NCBI RefSeq assembly: GCF_037042905.1
Contig: NC_087245.1
Coordinates: forward strand, 13,828,001 to 13,892,000
Length of the DNA: 64,000 bases
DNA from: Lytechinus pictus
Lineage: Eukaryota
Direction of reading: 5' to 3'
Shown here: positions 26,963 to 39,307 of the stretch, piece by piece
Position numbering within the stretch: the stretch's first letter is position 1
Layout: each line of letters begins with the position of its first letter
Translations under genes and position numbers: made by a program
Notes under the pieces: generated by a model
Told to the model about the DNA's origin: nothing
The model's database searches: none
What the model saw: the letters and a program-made list of their open reading frames with translations, nothing else

Positions 26963-28155
26963 AGCCCCTTTCACAATTGACGTACGACATGTTTACGACC
27001 ACCTGCAACAGTTTTTTCTTGTTGTTGCACGATCGATCTCTTGGTGTCTTGCGAGCACTCGCAGTCGTTGTAGACGATCGCACGAACTCGAGGTGGTCGG
27101 AGGTGGTCGTGACTGGTCGCATCTGAACTTTGAACATGTTCAAAATCCAAACGCGATCAAATACGATTGATTCACTCGCATAGTACCATCGGTCGGGCGA
27201 TCATCGTGTGAGTGTTGTTCAACGTTGTACGACTTGGTGCGAGATGTGGCACAACTAAGTATAGTCGCATTTAGTCGACTGGAGGTCGTACAACAGTGCA
27301 CATGTGCTCGAGACCTACAGAGACCAGTCTTGCGACTGGGTGCGATAATATATAGGCCATAAGACTGTTGCAAGACCGATCGAAATTACGGCTTACAACA
27401 TTCCACTACCGTTGATTCGCATGTATGCGACCGTTCATCCCCTTTCACAATTGACGTCCGACCAGTTTACGACCGCCTGCAACAGTTTTTTCTTGTTGTT
27501 GCACGATCGATCTCTTGGTGTCTTGCGAGCACTCGCAGTCGTTGTAGACGGTCGCACGAACTCGAGGTGGTCGTGACTGGTCACATCCGAACTTTGAACA
27601 TGTTCAAAATCCGAACGCGATCAAATACGATCGATTCACTCGCATCAGGTCGTACCCGGGGTCGTACCATCGGTCGGGCGATCATCGTGCGAGTGTTGTT
27701 CAACGTTGTACGACTTGGTGCGAGAGGTGGCACAACTAAGTAGTCGCATTTACTCGACCAGAGGTCGTACAAAACGTGCACATGTGCTAGAGCGACCTAC
27801 ATGTACAGATACCTGTCTTGCGACTGGGTGCGATAATATATGGGCCATAAGACTAGCCGTTGCAAGACCGATCGCAACGGCTTACAACATTGCACTACCG
27901 TTTCATTCGCATGTATGCGACCGTTCCACTCGCAACCCCTCGTGCAACACTCGCATGTGATCGCACGAACACAATAAGAGCATAAGCGACTTACTCGTGC
28001 AATGGGATTTACTGGTTGTTTTTGTTGTACAACAGCTGTTGCAACTGTGAAAGCCTCTGTGCGATCGTATGAGATGACTAGCGATTGATGCCTGTTGCAG
28101 CCTGTCGCACGACCAAAAGGTCGCAAATGGTCGTACGTCAATTGTGAAAGGGGCT
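26963..28155. mobile_element. PIF/Harbinger-like MITE with internal ~475-bp tandem duplication
   Basis: Perfect 26-bp TIR AGCCCCTTTCACAATTGACGTACGAC / GTCGTACGTCAATTGTGAAAGGGGCT followed by TAA; second left-end copy at 27438. Confidence 0.8.
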
Positions 28156-28265
28156 TAACGTAGGCATCACAGTCAATAAACAGACGCTTGATGACGGCTT
28201 GACGATTCCTACTTTACGGTTTGCAGCGTTGCAGCGTATAAGCAGTATCAACGCCAAAATTAAAT

Positions 28266-29248
28266 AACAAGTGGAATGCCTCTGGCCGTCTCACCTGCAT
28301 CACGCGATTCAATATAGCAGCAGTGCTGATTTTGAAAAACTACTATAACTCGCACAAGATGTTCAGTGATACTTGGTTACTCTTATTTCCACGTTTTATG
28401 AACTAGACCAATACACTTATAGAGATATGATGGCAATTCAACAAATACCCCCAACGTGGCCAAAGTTCTTTGACCTTACATGACCTTTGACCTTGATCAT
28501 GTGACCTGAAACTCGCACAGGATGTTCAGTGATACTTGATTACTATTATGTCCAAGTTTTATGAACTAGACCAACACACTTTCAAATTTATGGCTGTAAT
28601 TCAACAAATACCCCAATTTGGCCAAAGTTCATTGACCCTAAATGACCTTTGACCTTGATCATGTGACCTGAAACTTGCACAGGATGTTCAGTAATACTTG
28701 ATTACTATTATGTCCAAGTTTCATGAATCAGATCCATAAACTTTCAAAGTTATGATGGTAATTCAACAGATACCCCCAATTCGGCCAAAGTTCATTGACC
28801 CTAAATGACCTTTGACCTTGGTCATGTGACGTGAAACTCATGCAGGATGTTCAGTGATACTTGATTAACCTTATGTATAAGTTTCATGAACTAGGTCCAT
28901 ATATTTTCTAAGTTATGATGACATTTCAAAAACTTAACCTTAGGTTAAGATTTTGATGTTGATTCCCCCAACATGGTCTAAGTTCATTGACCCTAAATGA
29001 CCTTTGACCTTGGTCATGTGACATGAAACTCAGGCAGGATGTTCAGTAATACTTGATTAACCTTATGGCCAAGTTTCATGAACTAGGTCCATATACTTTC
29101 TAAGTTATGCTGTCATTTCAAAAACTTAACCTCAGGTTAAGATTTGGTGTTGACGCCGCCGTCGCCGTCGCCGCCGCCGCCGCCGTCGCCGTCGCCGTCG
29201 GAAAAGCGGCGCCTATAGTCTCACTCTGCTATGCAGGTGAGACAAAAA
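28266..29248 (-). mobile_element. Helentron/DINE-like element, near-identical to 7387-8355, inserted in an LTR
   Basis: Reverse complement aligns end to end with 7387-8355; inserted in the A/T run of the LTR without a TSD. Confidence 0.85.
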
Positions 29249-31209
29249 CAGGCAATACCAGGCGAGTATAGGAACGAGATGTGTGTTTAATTAAAAGCTA
29301 GCGGCCAAGAGACCGATCGCTAATCGAACAGGAATATCGATAACAGTTATAATCGATTAACAACATTTACAACAACAAACCATAATTATAAACATTATGG
29401 CGTGGCTAATTTCCTTTGTTTCTTTTCTCCATAAAATCACAATACTAGTAGTAAACCATTTTAAAAGAACTTTTAAACTTAACATCCAAACTGACACGAT
29501 ATATATTTTCCTACAATCCCAAAACACTAATGGTTGAATACAGCAATCAACAACCTATATCATTAACTTCTCAAATCTTATCTTGGTTAAAGCCACTTAG
29601 ATGAAACAGTCTAACTTTTCTAACATGTCTTGTACATATTATAACAACATATTTTTATGCATAAAATCAATTCAATAAACTGTGATTATGAAACAATGTA
29701 GATGTATGCCTGACACGTATAATTTACCACCAACATTAAAAATTAAATCCATAAACATGTATAACAATAGACCCACTAAACAAAACCAATTGTATTTCCA
29801 GTACACTCTCTAAGCATCTATTTCTGTGTATTTTTTCCTTTTTCCGTAAGCTGTTAAATCACAATAAAAATACAATCGTATTACCGTAACAGTAATATAC
29901 CCAATACATTCCAATATGATATTGATGCAGAAAGCGGATTTTCTTCAAAAGCACATACCAATTATCAATATCTCCATCAATCAATTACATGCACTAAAAC
30001 ACATCACTACAAAATACATCATTAAATATAAACGTAAAATAAACACAGTAAAGCATGTAAGAAGTATAGTCTTCGACGTATTATACAATCAAACAACTTC
30101 ATAATAATAATGAATTTCTGTTATTCTTATACATACACTAATATCACCGCTTTTTATTCCTCTTTCTTCAAGATAAAAAAACAACCTGTAGCATGATGAA
30201 TCAAATAAACAAAGTTAAGGCACTCGTACACTCTGTCACAATTACTACCAATACAACGGCAAAAACAAAACAAAACAAGAATCATCATCACAATCCAAGT
30301 CAAGGCTAACACCTTACATTCATGAAAACACAATTTACGACTTAAACAAAACTATGGAGCCATGCAATATGATATCGGTCTTGCCGCCAAATCCAAAATA
30401 CGGTGTCACTCTTTGATGCACAATAAAAAGCATTGTAACAAAATATGGGAGTATGACAAAATGGAAATGAAAGTAAACATGAAAAGGACATATCAGCAAA
30501 ACTATGTTCCTTAATTATCGTCAATATGAAAAACACATGATAAACGAAAAATGCAATAATGATCCATCAAAGTTAACATGATTGTCATCTCAAAATTCAC
30601 GTAAAATGGTCTCTAGTAGTGCAAAGCAATAACTCCTACATCTCTCTGATCTGTGTAACAGGTAAAGGGGAATAAACAGCTAAAAAATTCATAAGATCGT
30701 GAAAAGACAGAAAACCATGAAAAACACAAGTTATTAAAAATGAAACGATAACCACCATACCTGCAAACCAAGTGGGAGCACACTGCACTTCTCAACCACA
30801 CTGCATTCAAACAACCACATCCATTCGAACCAAGCAAAGGGAGCAGGTACAATTTCAAAGCCAAGCACATACATCACATAAAACAAACAACCGGGTGTAA
30901 CTGTATATCAAAACAAAGCATTACAATCGACCAACCAAGCATTACACAACTGTCATAAACCTTCATAAATGACACTCTATAAAAAAATGAAAGAAAATAT
31001 GAAGAAATCATGAACTCTCAAGCACTGTAGTCAAAATCCTATAATGTGTAATAAAATCAACATGGAAAAAATCAAACAATTACATACGAACATGATTATA
31101 CACTGTGTAAACAGAGTCCAATTGATGAGGCATTAGGGGGGCTTAAGAGCTTGATGGGGCGGCAAGGCATGCATTAGGGGAGGATGAGGCCACGAATGGG
31201 GGCTACAGT

Positions 31210-33088
31210 TCAGGGTACACGACTCTGGAGAGGATGGTTGTCTGCCGTACTGAAAGAGCCTGACCAGATCCAAAAGGCGTCTCTCCATGATGGGAAGTTG
31301 GGACCAAGGGTAGTTGGATAGGTTGCTGCACTGCGGGGGCCCAGAGGCTGGAAGGCAAGTACGTCACTTGCAATGGTATTGTAGGAAATTATCACATGAT
31401 ACCTAAGATGGGACCTACCAAGAGTAGCATGGGATATGGGGGACACTACATACGGACAGAAAGGGTCATGAGTATCAAGGGCTCTCATCATCAAAGGGAT
31501 GGGGACATCTATAGTAGATGGCAACTTGTTGGATCGGACGCCGACATCGACAGGCGGCTGGGGGTCCGGTGATCGAAGCATCAACATCTGAGTAAGATGA
31601 AAAATCTAAGTAATTGGTGGGGGCATCTACATCTGCTGGTGGTTGGTAGCGAAGGGTATCTACATGCATCTGTGGGAGGTGGGACATCTAGGTAGTTGCC
31701 ATGGGCATCTATATCTGATGGTGGTTGGTGAGTGTTTATGTCATTGTCACAAACATTGATGGTAGCTAGTTGATGATGGGCAGATGTGTGACTATCTGCT
31801 ATGTTGATGGCATGTAAGTGGGACTGAATTGTAGTGTGTTGGTGCTCCAGCCCTGGGTAGCTATTGGGCTCTGTGTGACTAGTGGTAAGTGGAGGGGTAG
31901 CCTGTGATTGACTGATGCCTGAGGTTGTGTGTGTCACTGTGTGAGATAGTTGTTGCTATGTGGTAGCGTTTACACTGCCGACATTATCGATCTGTAAATT
32001 ATCACAATAAAACGAGCAAGCGCATTTCGTCACGCGGAACGGGCAAGCACATTTCGATACACAGAACGTGCGAGTCGTTACGCGGAATGATCGAGCGTGT
32101 TACGTTTGACTCGTGTGTATCCGTCATGAGCAAATTGTTAACCGAGGCCGAGATGTTTACGTTGCCGAGCGATTTGTTGCTGCACGAAGTTGGTGTGCAA
32201 GGCTCAGACGTGAGTAGATCACTTTCTTCATTGTTACTGAGAGTGGGGCAGATGTTATTTTGCCCCGACAAATTGTCACACGATCCTGTATGAGTAGCCC
32301 TAAAACTAATAAAACTACTCTCAACACTATTCCCTGAAGTGAGATGAGCATCACCATGGCAACGCAAATTGCCAGTGAAACCAGAATGAATATGAGAAGA
32401 TTTAACCTCTTCAGACTCGGGAGAATCACTAAGGATGGGCCTACTACCACTACCAGATGAGCAAGGCTCATCATACAATGCATTCAAACTCTCACCAGGA
32501 AGGTTTTGCTCGGTAACCCTAATAACGGGTACCAGTCTAGATTCATGCACCACAGATTTTGAACAATCATCATTTTCATCGTATTAAAAGATTGCATTGT
32601 TACTGAAAATAATCTGATGCCTTGAAGGTCTTACCATGATGTCATTGTCTTCCATGAAAGGTGACCCAGCCACAATACCAACATCTTCTCCGACAACAAT
32701 TCCAAGATATTCCATTTTGACACCACTGCTGAACAGACTAAAGTATGAATAACCTACGACATCATACTTGATATAAATTTACTCTATCCATCTCGTACAC
32801 ATCATATATTGCTTGTTCATCAATAACAAACTCCAATCTTAATTCATCAATTATGTTCTCACCAATCATATTAATTTCACTCCCACTCTTCAATTCTACT
32901 CTTATTTTCCTTTCATCATCATGATCAAGATTAGCATAGAAGTAAGGAGGTGATTTCTTACCAGTTTTAACACTAGGGGCTGACTGCACTCTCGAGTCAG
33001 AAACTGATGAACGGGAGCACAGGAGCGGCTCCCCGGCAAAACTAACCGCAACGCCCTCTGGCGAAGCGATGCCCTTGGCCACAGGCAT
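31210..33088 (-). pseudogene. Disrupted retropepsin-like region plus low-complexity ORF of the LTR element
   Basis: KKSPPYFYA...RVELKSGSEINMI, then after a frameshift YDVVG...DVGIVAGSPFMEDNDIMVRPSRHQII, resembling invertebrate gypsy-type proteases; followed by Ser/Thr/Pro-rich frames with QPPADVDAPTNYLD-like repeats. Confidence 0.55.
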
Positions 33089-33146
33089 ATTACAACACAG
33101 TCATCAATATGCAAAGAGAGAACCAGTCACCGTAAGTACAACGGAA

Positions 33147-33264
33147 CAGGGGCGTCGATCCATTATTTTTTCAGATGGGGGGGGGGGGCAAAATCATGAA
33201 TCAACGTTCCAAATGCGCTCGATCATACAAACCAAACAACCTCACGCACACACACACACACATA

Positions 33265-33295
<31 letters not shown>

Positions 33296-33955
33296 GACTT
33301 TTGAGATACCGACACGTATCTCACCAACAAATTAATGCGAGTGCGAAGCGCGAGCTGAATTTTTTTTAGTATACTGACCTTAAAACAGGAAAAGGGTACC
33401 TGTTTAGGACAAAAATTTCTTTATATTCTGACCTGAAAGCTTGATATTCTAAGCATTATTGGTACCAATGATTAAGATTGGTATCTAAAAGAACAATAGA
33501 TGCGAGCGCGAAGCGCGAGCTGAAAATGTTGATATTTCGATCTGAAAAAATTTTACAGTTAATGGACGTTTTTGATAAAGAACAAGCTATATATCCAACA
33601 AAAGATTATTGCAAAGCGAAGCGGGAGTTCCTTTTGAGGTTTAGCACTGAAAACGGGACATTCTATTCACATATTTAATCATGAAAAGTATGGGTTTTTG
33701 CTACAGAAATGATGCGAGCGCGAAGCGCGAGCTGAAAATCTTTATATTCCAATCTGAAAAGCGGACATTTTGAGAACGATTGAAATAAAGAACGAGTCGT
33801 GTATCTCAATCTCGCTTGCTGAACATTACAATCTTATTTTATTTTTGCACATCCGGAATTATTGGGGGGGGGGGGCAAAACGATATGTTGGCCCCCCCCC
33901 CAATATTTTCATCGGTGGGGCGATCGCCCCCCCCCCCCCAGGATCGACGCCTCTG
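33147..33955. mobile_element. hAT MITE
   Basis: TIR CAGGGGCGTCGATCC / GGATCGACGCCTCTG; perfect 8-bp TSD CAACGGAA. Confidence 0.92.
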
Positions 33956-34024
33956 CAACGGAACGCCTGGCCCTCAGAATATAGGCTTGATTACCTGTAG
34001 CCTGGGTGGTAAGAAAACTATATA

Positions 34025-34635
34025 CCGTATGGGTACTAGTATTCAACCTGGCATAATTCAAAGATTTTGACATATTCCCCAAAATATTTAGAAATGGGGA
34101 ATTTATCTTAATTTCACACCTTTGTTATTTCCAGGGTAATCTGTTGTCGATATTTTCTTTGTCAATCTGTCGACTGTATGCGCGGAGGGTCGAATTATGC
34201 GGCGATGGCCTTTTGCACTGAATGGTACTAGTATTCAACCTAGTGAGGATTGATAGCAAATCTCAAAAGGGTTTAGATTGCTAAATTAGATCTAGATCTA
34301 TGTAAGTCTCTGGCTTTGATTAATTCCCTGTTTGGTCTCATCTCAAATGGTCTAGTCCATAGTCGGATGGGACAAGGGTAGATTGAGAGACAGGGCCATC
34401 ATTCATTGCTAGGTTGAATACTAGTACCGACGGGTTGAATACTAGTACCAAAATCCGTCGCCGTATAATTCGATCGCCCGTGCACACAGTCAACTGGTTG
34501 AAGAAAAAAATAACGGAAAAAGAATAACCAGCATTTGCTCTTGGAAATAAGACGGGTCTGAAATTCAGGTAAATTCTATATTTCTATATATTTGAGGAAA
34601 CTCTCCAAACGGGTTGAATACTAGTACCCTTACGG
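34025..34635. mobile_element. Tc1/mariner-type MITE
   Basis: TA|CCGTATGGGTACTAGTATTCAACC ... GGTTGAATACTAGTACCCTTACGG|TA; the GGTACTAGTATTCAACC motif occurs five times. Confidence 0.88.
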
Positions 34636-34849
34636 TAGGCCCTCAGTCCGAACCACGAGCTGCCACCACGCCAAAGTTATATAAAAACAGGCAATACCAG
34701 GCGAGTATATATAGGAACGAGATATGTGTTTAATAAAAAGCTAGCGGCCAAGAGACCGATCGCTAATCGAACAGGAATATCGATAACAGTCATAATCGAT
34801 TAACAACATTTACAACAAACCATAATTATAAACATTATGGCGCAATGTA

Positions 34850-35373
34850 TGATGGGGGGACCTAAAGCTACGCACTTTGTTTACAAACGATAAAAACTAG
34901 GCCTATGCCAATTTTAATATTCTAACAAATCATCTTTCACATATTTGTGTTAAATATTGTAAAGATTCATAACCAAAAAGAAAATATCACAAAACTCACT
35001 AATACGAAAATCCCGCCGTGTTTTCCGAACACCTCTTGATTTCGCCGCCTGATTAGAAGGGGTCCTAAAGCTAGGCACTCAATTTATCATGCAAAGAAAA
35101 AGTATTTCCTGTGCCTAAGCTTCTAAATAATGTTCATATTCTTATAGGAAAATATGAAATCAAAGTGAATATAACTCCAAAATTCCAAACAGTTGCTGGT
35201 TTTCTCTGTATTTAGCGATTTATTGCAGCCTCTGTAGAAAAACATTAATAGGAATCGCTCGTCACACTACAGTCATTAGCTCCACACAGAGTGCACATTT
35301 TGCAATTGAAATTGCATGCGCATTGGAGTGGTGCGTAGCTTTAGGACCCGCGTAGCTTTAGGGCCCCCTACCA
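34850..35373. mobile_element. TA-flanked MITE
   Basis: TA|TGATGGGGGGACCTAAAGCTACGC ... GCGTAGCTTTAGGGCCCCCTACCA|TA. Confidence 0.8.
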
Positions 35374-35761
35374 TATAGTTCCTACACGCGTTTATGAACA
35401 AGTTGGCTTTCCATATGACTGACCTGAGGTCGTTTTGACTATTCATTTTCTGACTCCCCGGGTCTCCCAGCTGCATACACGAGTAGCACGACCTCTAATA
35501 CAACGTGAATGCTTCTGACAGTGACAACAATCCGGCTTCAATCCGGGTCTTGGATACCACTAGTTAGGTTCGCAAATTGATCGGGCGTTGTGAAGTCTCA
35601 AATACTTTATCTGGGAGGATCAGTCTGAAGAGGCTCTGTAATTCTTCAGAGAAAAGAGGTAAGTCAGAGAAGCATATCGCAGTTATATCTTAATGACAGA
35701 TGCACACCTAATGTAGGATCCCCGATGTTTTTTGTATACGCAATGTGAGGGGAAACAAGGG

Positions 35762-35989
35762 AGGCGCGATAGCTCAGTCGGTAGAGCGGGGGTTTCGGAT
35801 TCCGGTGACCCGGGTTCGATTCCCACGTGGTGCGCTAGTGCCCTTTGGTAAGGCATTTATCCTCATTACCAGGTCCCTCGGAGAGGACCTTAAGCCGTCG
35901 GTCCTTTGGTTTCTTGCTCACAGGCATTCGTGCTTTCTTAGCAGTCAGGTAAAAACCTCGGTATAAGTATAACATAACATAACATAACG
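35762..35989 (+). mobile_element. tRNA-derived SINE
   Basis: A box TAGCTCAGTCGG, B box GGTTCGATTCCC, conserved gtgccctttggtaaggcattta core, (CATAA)n tail. Confidence 0.8.
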
Positions 35990-36326
35990 TGAATGTGGAG
36001 AGCCACGGAGAGTCATCCCATTCTGAATACATGCAGCGGGCCACATGCAGCTTCCTCTTTGCTGTTCAGAGTGTATGTAAATTATAATGAACAATGGTTA
36101 TTCTAAATCAGTTTGCTAATACATGGAATGGATCAATGGTTATCATATTAATGATTACGATCATCCGATCCCTTGCTATGGTATAACCATAATTATGGTA
36201 GGTCAGTATATTATAGGCTACATAGCCCTATATTCAAATTAAAATTCAAAAGTTTATCGATGTAAAATCCTGTAATATGTTCCACTGACATGTTTTAATC
36301 CTATATACTGTATATACACGTACCTT

Positions 36327-36576
36327 CAGGGGTGGAAATCTCTCCCAAAAGGTAGGGGGGACAAGGGGCTGGAAAATTTGACAAGCAAAAATAAAGGTTA
36401 TCCCAAAAGTAAGGTCATCTCGTCCTAAAATACATGTTTTATTTCGATTTTGAATGATGTATTTCTTACCATCATAAAAGACCACAAATAGTAGGGGGAC
36501 ATTTGATATTGTGTCCCCCTACTATTTTGAGTAGGGGGGACACGTCCCTCTGTCCCCCCTGGGATTTCCGCCCATG
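36327..36576. mobile_element. hAT MITE
   Basis: CAGGGGTGGAAATC / GATTTCCGCCCATG; 8-bp TSD CGTACCTT. Confidence 0.88.
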
Positions 36577-37683
36577 CGTACCTTCCGACTTTCAGTTCTC
36601 CCCCTCTCTCTATATATATACATAGACCTACAGTGCGTCTAAAAAAATACACTTTTAAAATTGCTACCAAACAAAAAAAATATGTCACTTTTGGGGATAA
36701 GCTTAGTTAATATACATGGAAAGCCAATAAAGTCACCTTTCAAATGACACCAAAAAGTTGTATTCACGCTTCAGTGAGCACGACCCTGACAATAAGGCTG
36801 GGTAGGAATTTTTTTTTTTGCAAAGTTGAGGGTGTTGTGATTAATTAATGATCAATCAAGATCAATTTTTATTGTTAGAGAAAATTTCATGAATTGAAAT
36901 TTAATGCATGAGTGAACATGAATATTGCAATTTTTAGCGCAGTATTTTGACTTTACTTGGTCAGTGTAGTTATCATTATTTATTGTATATTTTCAGTGTA
37001 TATTTTAACTCGGTGGCGCCTTTTTGTAAGCTCTGCTTTCTCCGGGGTCACCAAACCATAATTTCTTTTTTGCTATGTATCCTGTTTGTACTTGTATATG
37101 ATTATCAATATTGGTATGTATTTGTGCAATTGTTTGTACCTGATGATGGTTCAGGTTGAATAAATAAATAAATTGAAATTGAATTGACTTTTTCCATGTG
37201 GATCTCGGCAGTGTGTTCATGGGAGTCAGGAAAATAGGGTCGAAGAGGGTGAAGATGATTGATGAGATAAAGGTCAACAGAACATTTAGCCATCCTCCCC
37301 CCTCTATACCCCTTCTCCCCTCCTGAGAGTGAGAGACTAGGCTTTGCTTGGGTGGGCAGGAATTAACCTTCCAATTTTTTTAGAGGTTAGTCCTTTGGAA
37401 CATGGAAAGTTAAGGGTGTTATGCTAAATTAGTGATCAATTGAGATCAGTTTTTTTTTCTTAAGCAAATTTCATGAGTTAATGAATTGAAATTCAATGCA
37501 TGAGTGGACATGCATTGTTATTTCAGTGTAGTATTTTAAGTTTATCATGTTGATCTTAGCAGTGTGTTCATGAGAGTCAGAGTATGATGGTAGCTGTTGA
37601 TTGCGAGATGGCGAGATATAGTTCAGACTTGGTTAAAAGAGCGATCTTCTTCTTTGTTTTCTTTTACAAATTACAATTAGTCA

Positions 37684-39307
37684 CAGTGGCGTACCATGCG
37701 TCACGGCATTGGGGGGGGGGGGGCACCAGCAAAAATTTCGAGTCACTAAGTGAGCGCGCTTCGCGCGCTCAGTTGCCAGGTATACTGACCTAATAGAGAC
37801 ATTTACGGACATGCAGTGCCATTAAATGTATCAGTGAGATATGTATCTCACTGATTGAATAATGCGAGCGCAAAGCGCGAGCTGAAAATGTTTGATATTC
37901 AGACCAAAAAAAGGGACATTATAAGCAAATTTTTTGTAGTCATGATACGTACCTGTCTCGCTAAACAAAAATGCGAGCTCGAAGCCATAGGCATCTAATG
38001 CTAGTGCCGTGCTTTGCTGATTTTGTTAGAATTACATCTAAATACATGAAGTCATTGTAATGATTAACATACGCATCTCACTAATCAATTATTGCGAGCG
38101 CGAAGCGCGAGTTGAAAATTTTGGAAATTCAGACCAGCATTTTAAGGCTTGCTTGTAGGAATTAATAAAGACCATACGTATTTCACTAACCAAAATTATT
38201 ATATTCAAATCAGAAAAAAATGCACATTTTAAGGACTGATTTTAGGAATTCATGAAGAGCAGACATCTCACCAATCCACTAATGCAAACGTAAGCACGGA
38301 CAGGAAATGTTTTATATTTAGACCTTAAAATGGAGCAATCACTTTAAGTAGCCATCAAAAAGAAGCATACAGCTGTATGTCATTACATAAAACAATAATA
38401 ACTCGAATTGCGAGGAAATATATTTGGTGTATATTGACTTGAAAACGGGAGGATTTAGTACAACAGGATTAAATATCTCGTTAAACAGGCTATGCGAGCA
38501 CCAGGAACAATGGAGACATAGGCCCTGAGCAAATAATGTTTCATAAAGTTATGAAAAAAATGCTTGTTATGTAATATAACACAACATAATATAATATTAT
38601 ACAGATATTGCCTACCTAGAGTTTGAATATAACATTTCCTCTCCCTGACTGAGTTATATTTTTCCCAAGGGATTATATTTTGCCCGAAGCGCGCAGCGCT
38701 GAGGGAAAATGTTCTCCCGAGGGAAAAATATAACTTCGGAGGGGAGTTGAAATGTTATTTATTAAAACGATAGACCAGGCAATATCTGTTTTATTATATA
38801 GTCTATGTGGATTCGCCATCAGAGATTGCATTCATCATCCGGCTCCAACCCGAAATTCTTGCTACAGCTCTGATCCATCTACGTCATAATAGAAAATATT
38901 TTGAAAATGCATCAAGCGCGTTCTTCATGCAATCGACGCGTTAACACTAGCGCGTACATCAAACTACCTGATTACGCAACTTGTAAGCAGCGAGTGACGT
39001 CACCTTAGTGAATATAACGCTGCAATTGACAATACAACGCAGTTATATTCACTGAGGTGACGTCAAAACCTAGAATATAACAAATGCGATCCTCGCAGCT
39101 ATGGTCACGTGTTGGCGTATTGACCTATCACTGATTCGAATCTACATAACCTATGTAATATAGCATTCTAATGAACAATAATATCCTTTTCCCACTACGT
39201 TTCTCTTCCTTTCTCCCTCTTTTTCTCATTTTCCCTTTTTTTTGGCCAGCCGGATGGGGGGGGGGGGGGGGCACGTGTCCACCATGCCCCCCGTAGTTAC
39301 GCCACTG
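37684..39307. mobile_element. hAT MITE (nested)
   Basis: CAGTGGCGTA ... TACGCCACTG; 8-bp TSD ATTAGTCA. Confidence 0.9.
38596..39163. mobile_element. Double-hairpin repeat element without TIR/TSD, inserted in the hAT MITE
   Basis: IR pairs acagatattgcc/ggcaatatctgt and tatagtctatgtggattcg/cgaatctacataacctatgta; central cccgaagcgcgcagcgctgaggg palindrome. Confidence 0.55.

Larger units (their letters stand above)
28252..34842 (-). mobile_element. Non-autonomous LTR retroelement (Gypsy/Troyka-like) with three nested insertions
   Basis: ~175-bp direct repeats at 28252-29402 (split by a HINE) and 34669-34842; CAA on both flanks; PBS TGGTGGCAGC (34659-34668, minus); purine tract 29410-29430 (minus); degenerate retropepsin-like frame. 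Confidence 0.8.

Noticed and set aside
35762..35835. Genuine tRNA gene
   Set aside because: Acceptor and anticodon stems are imperfect and the sequence continues into a SINE body and simple-repeat tail.
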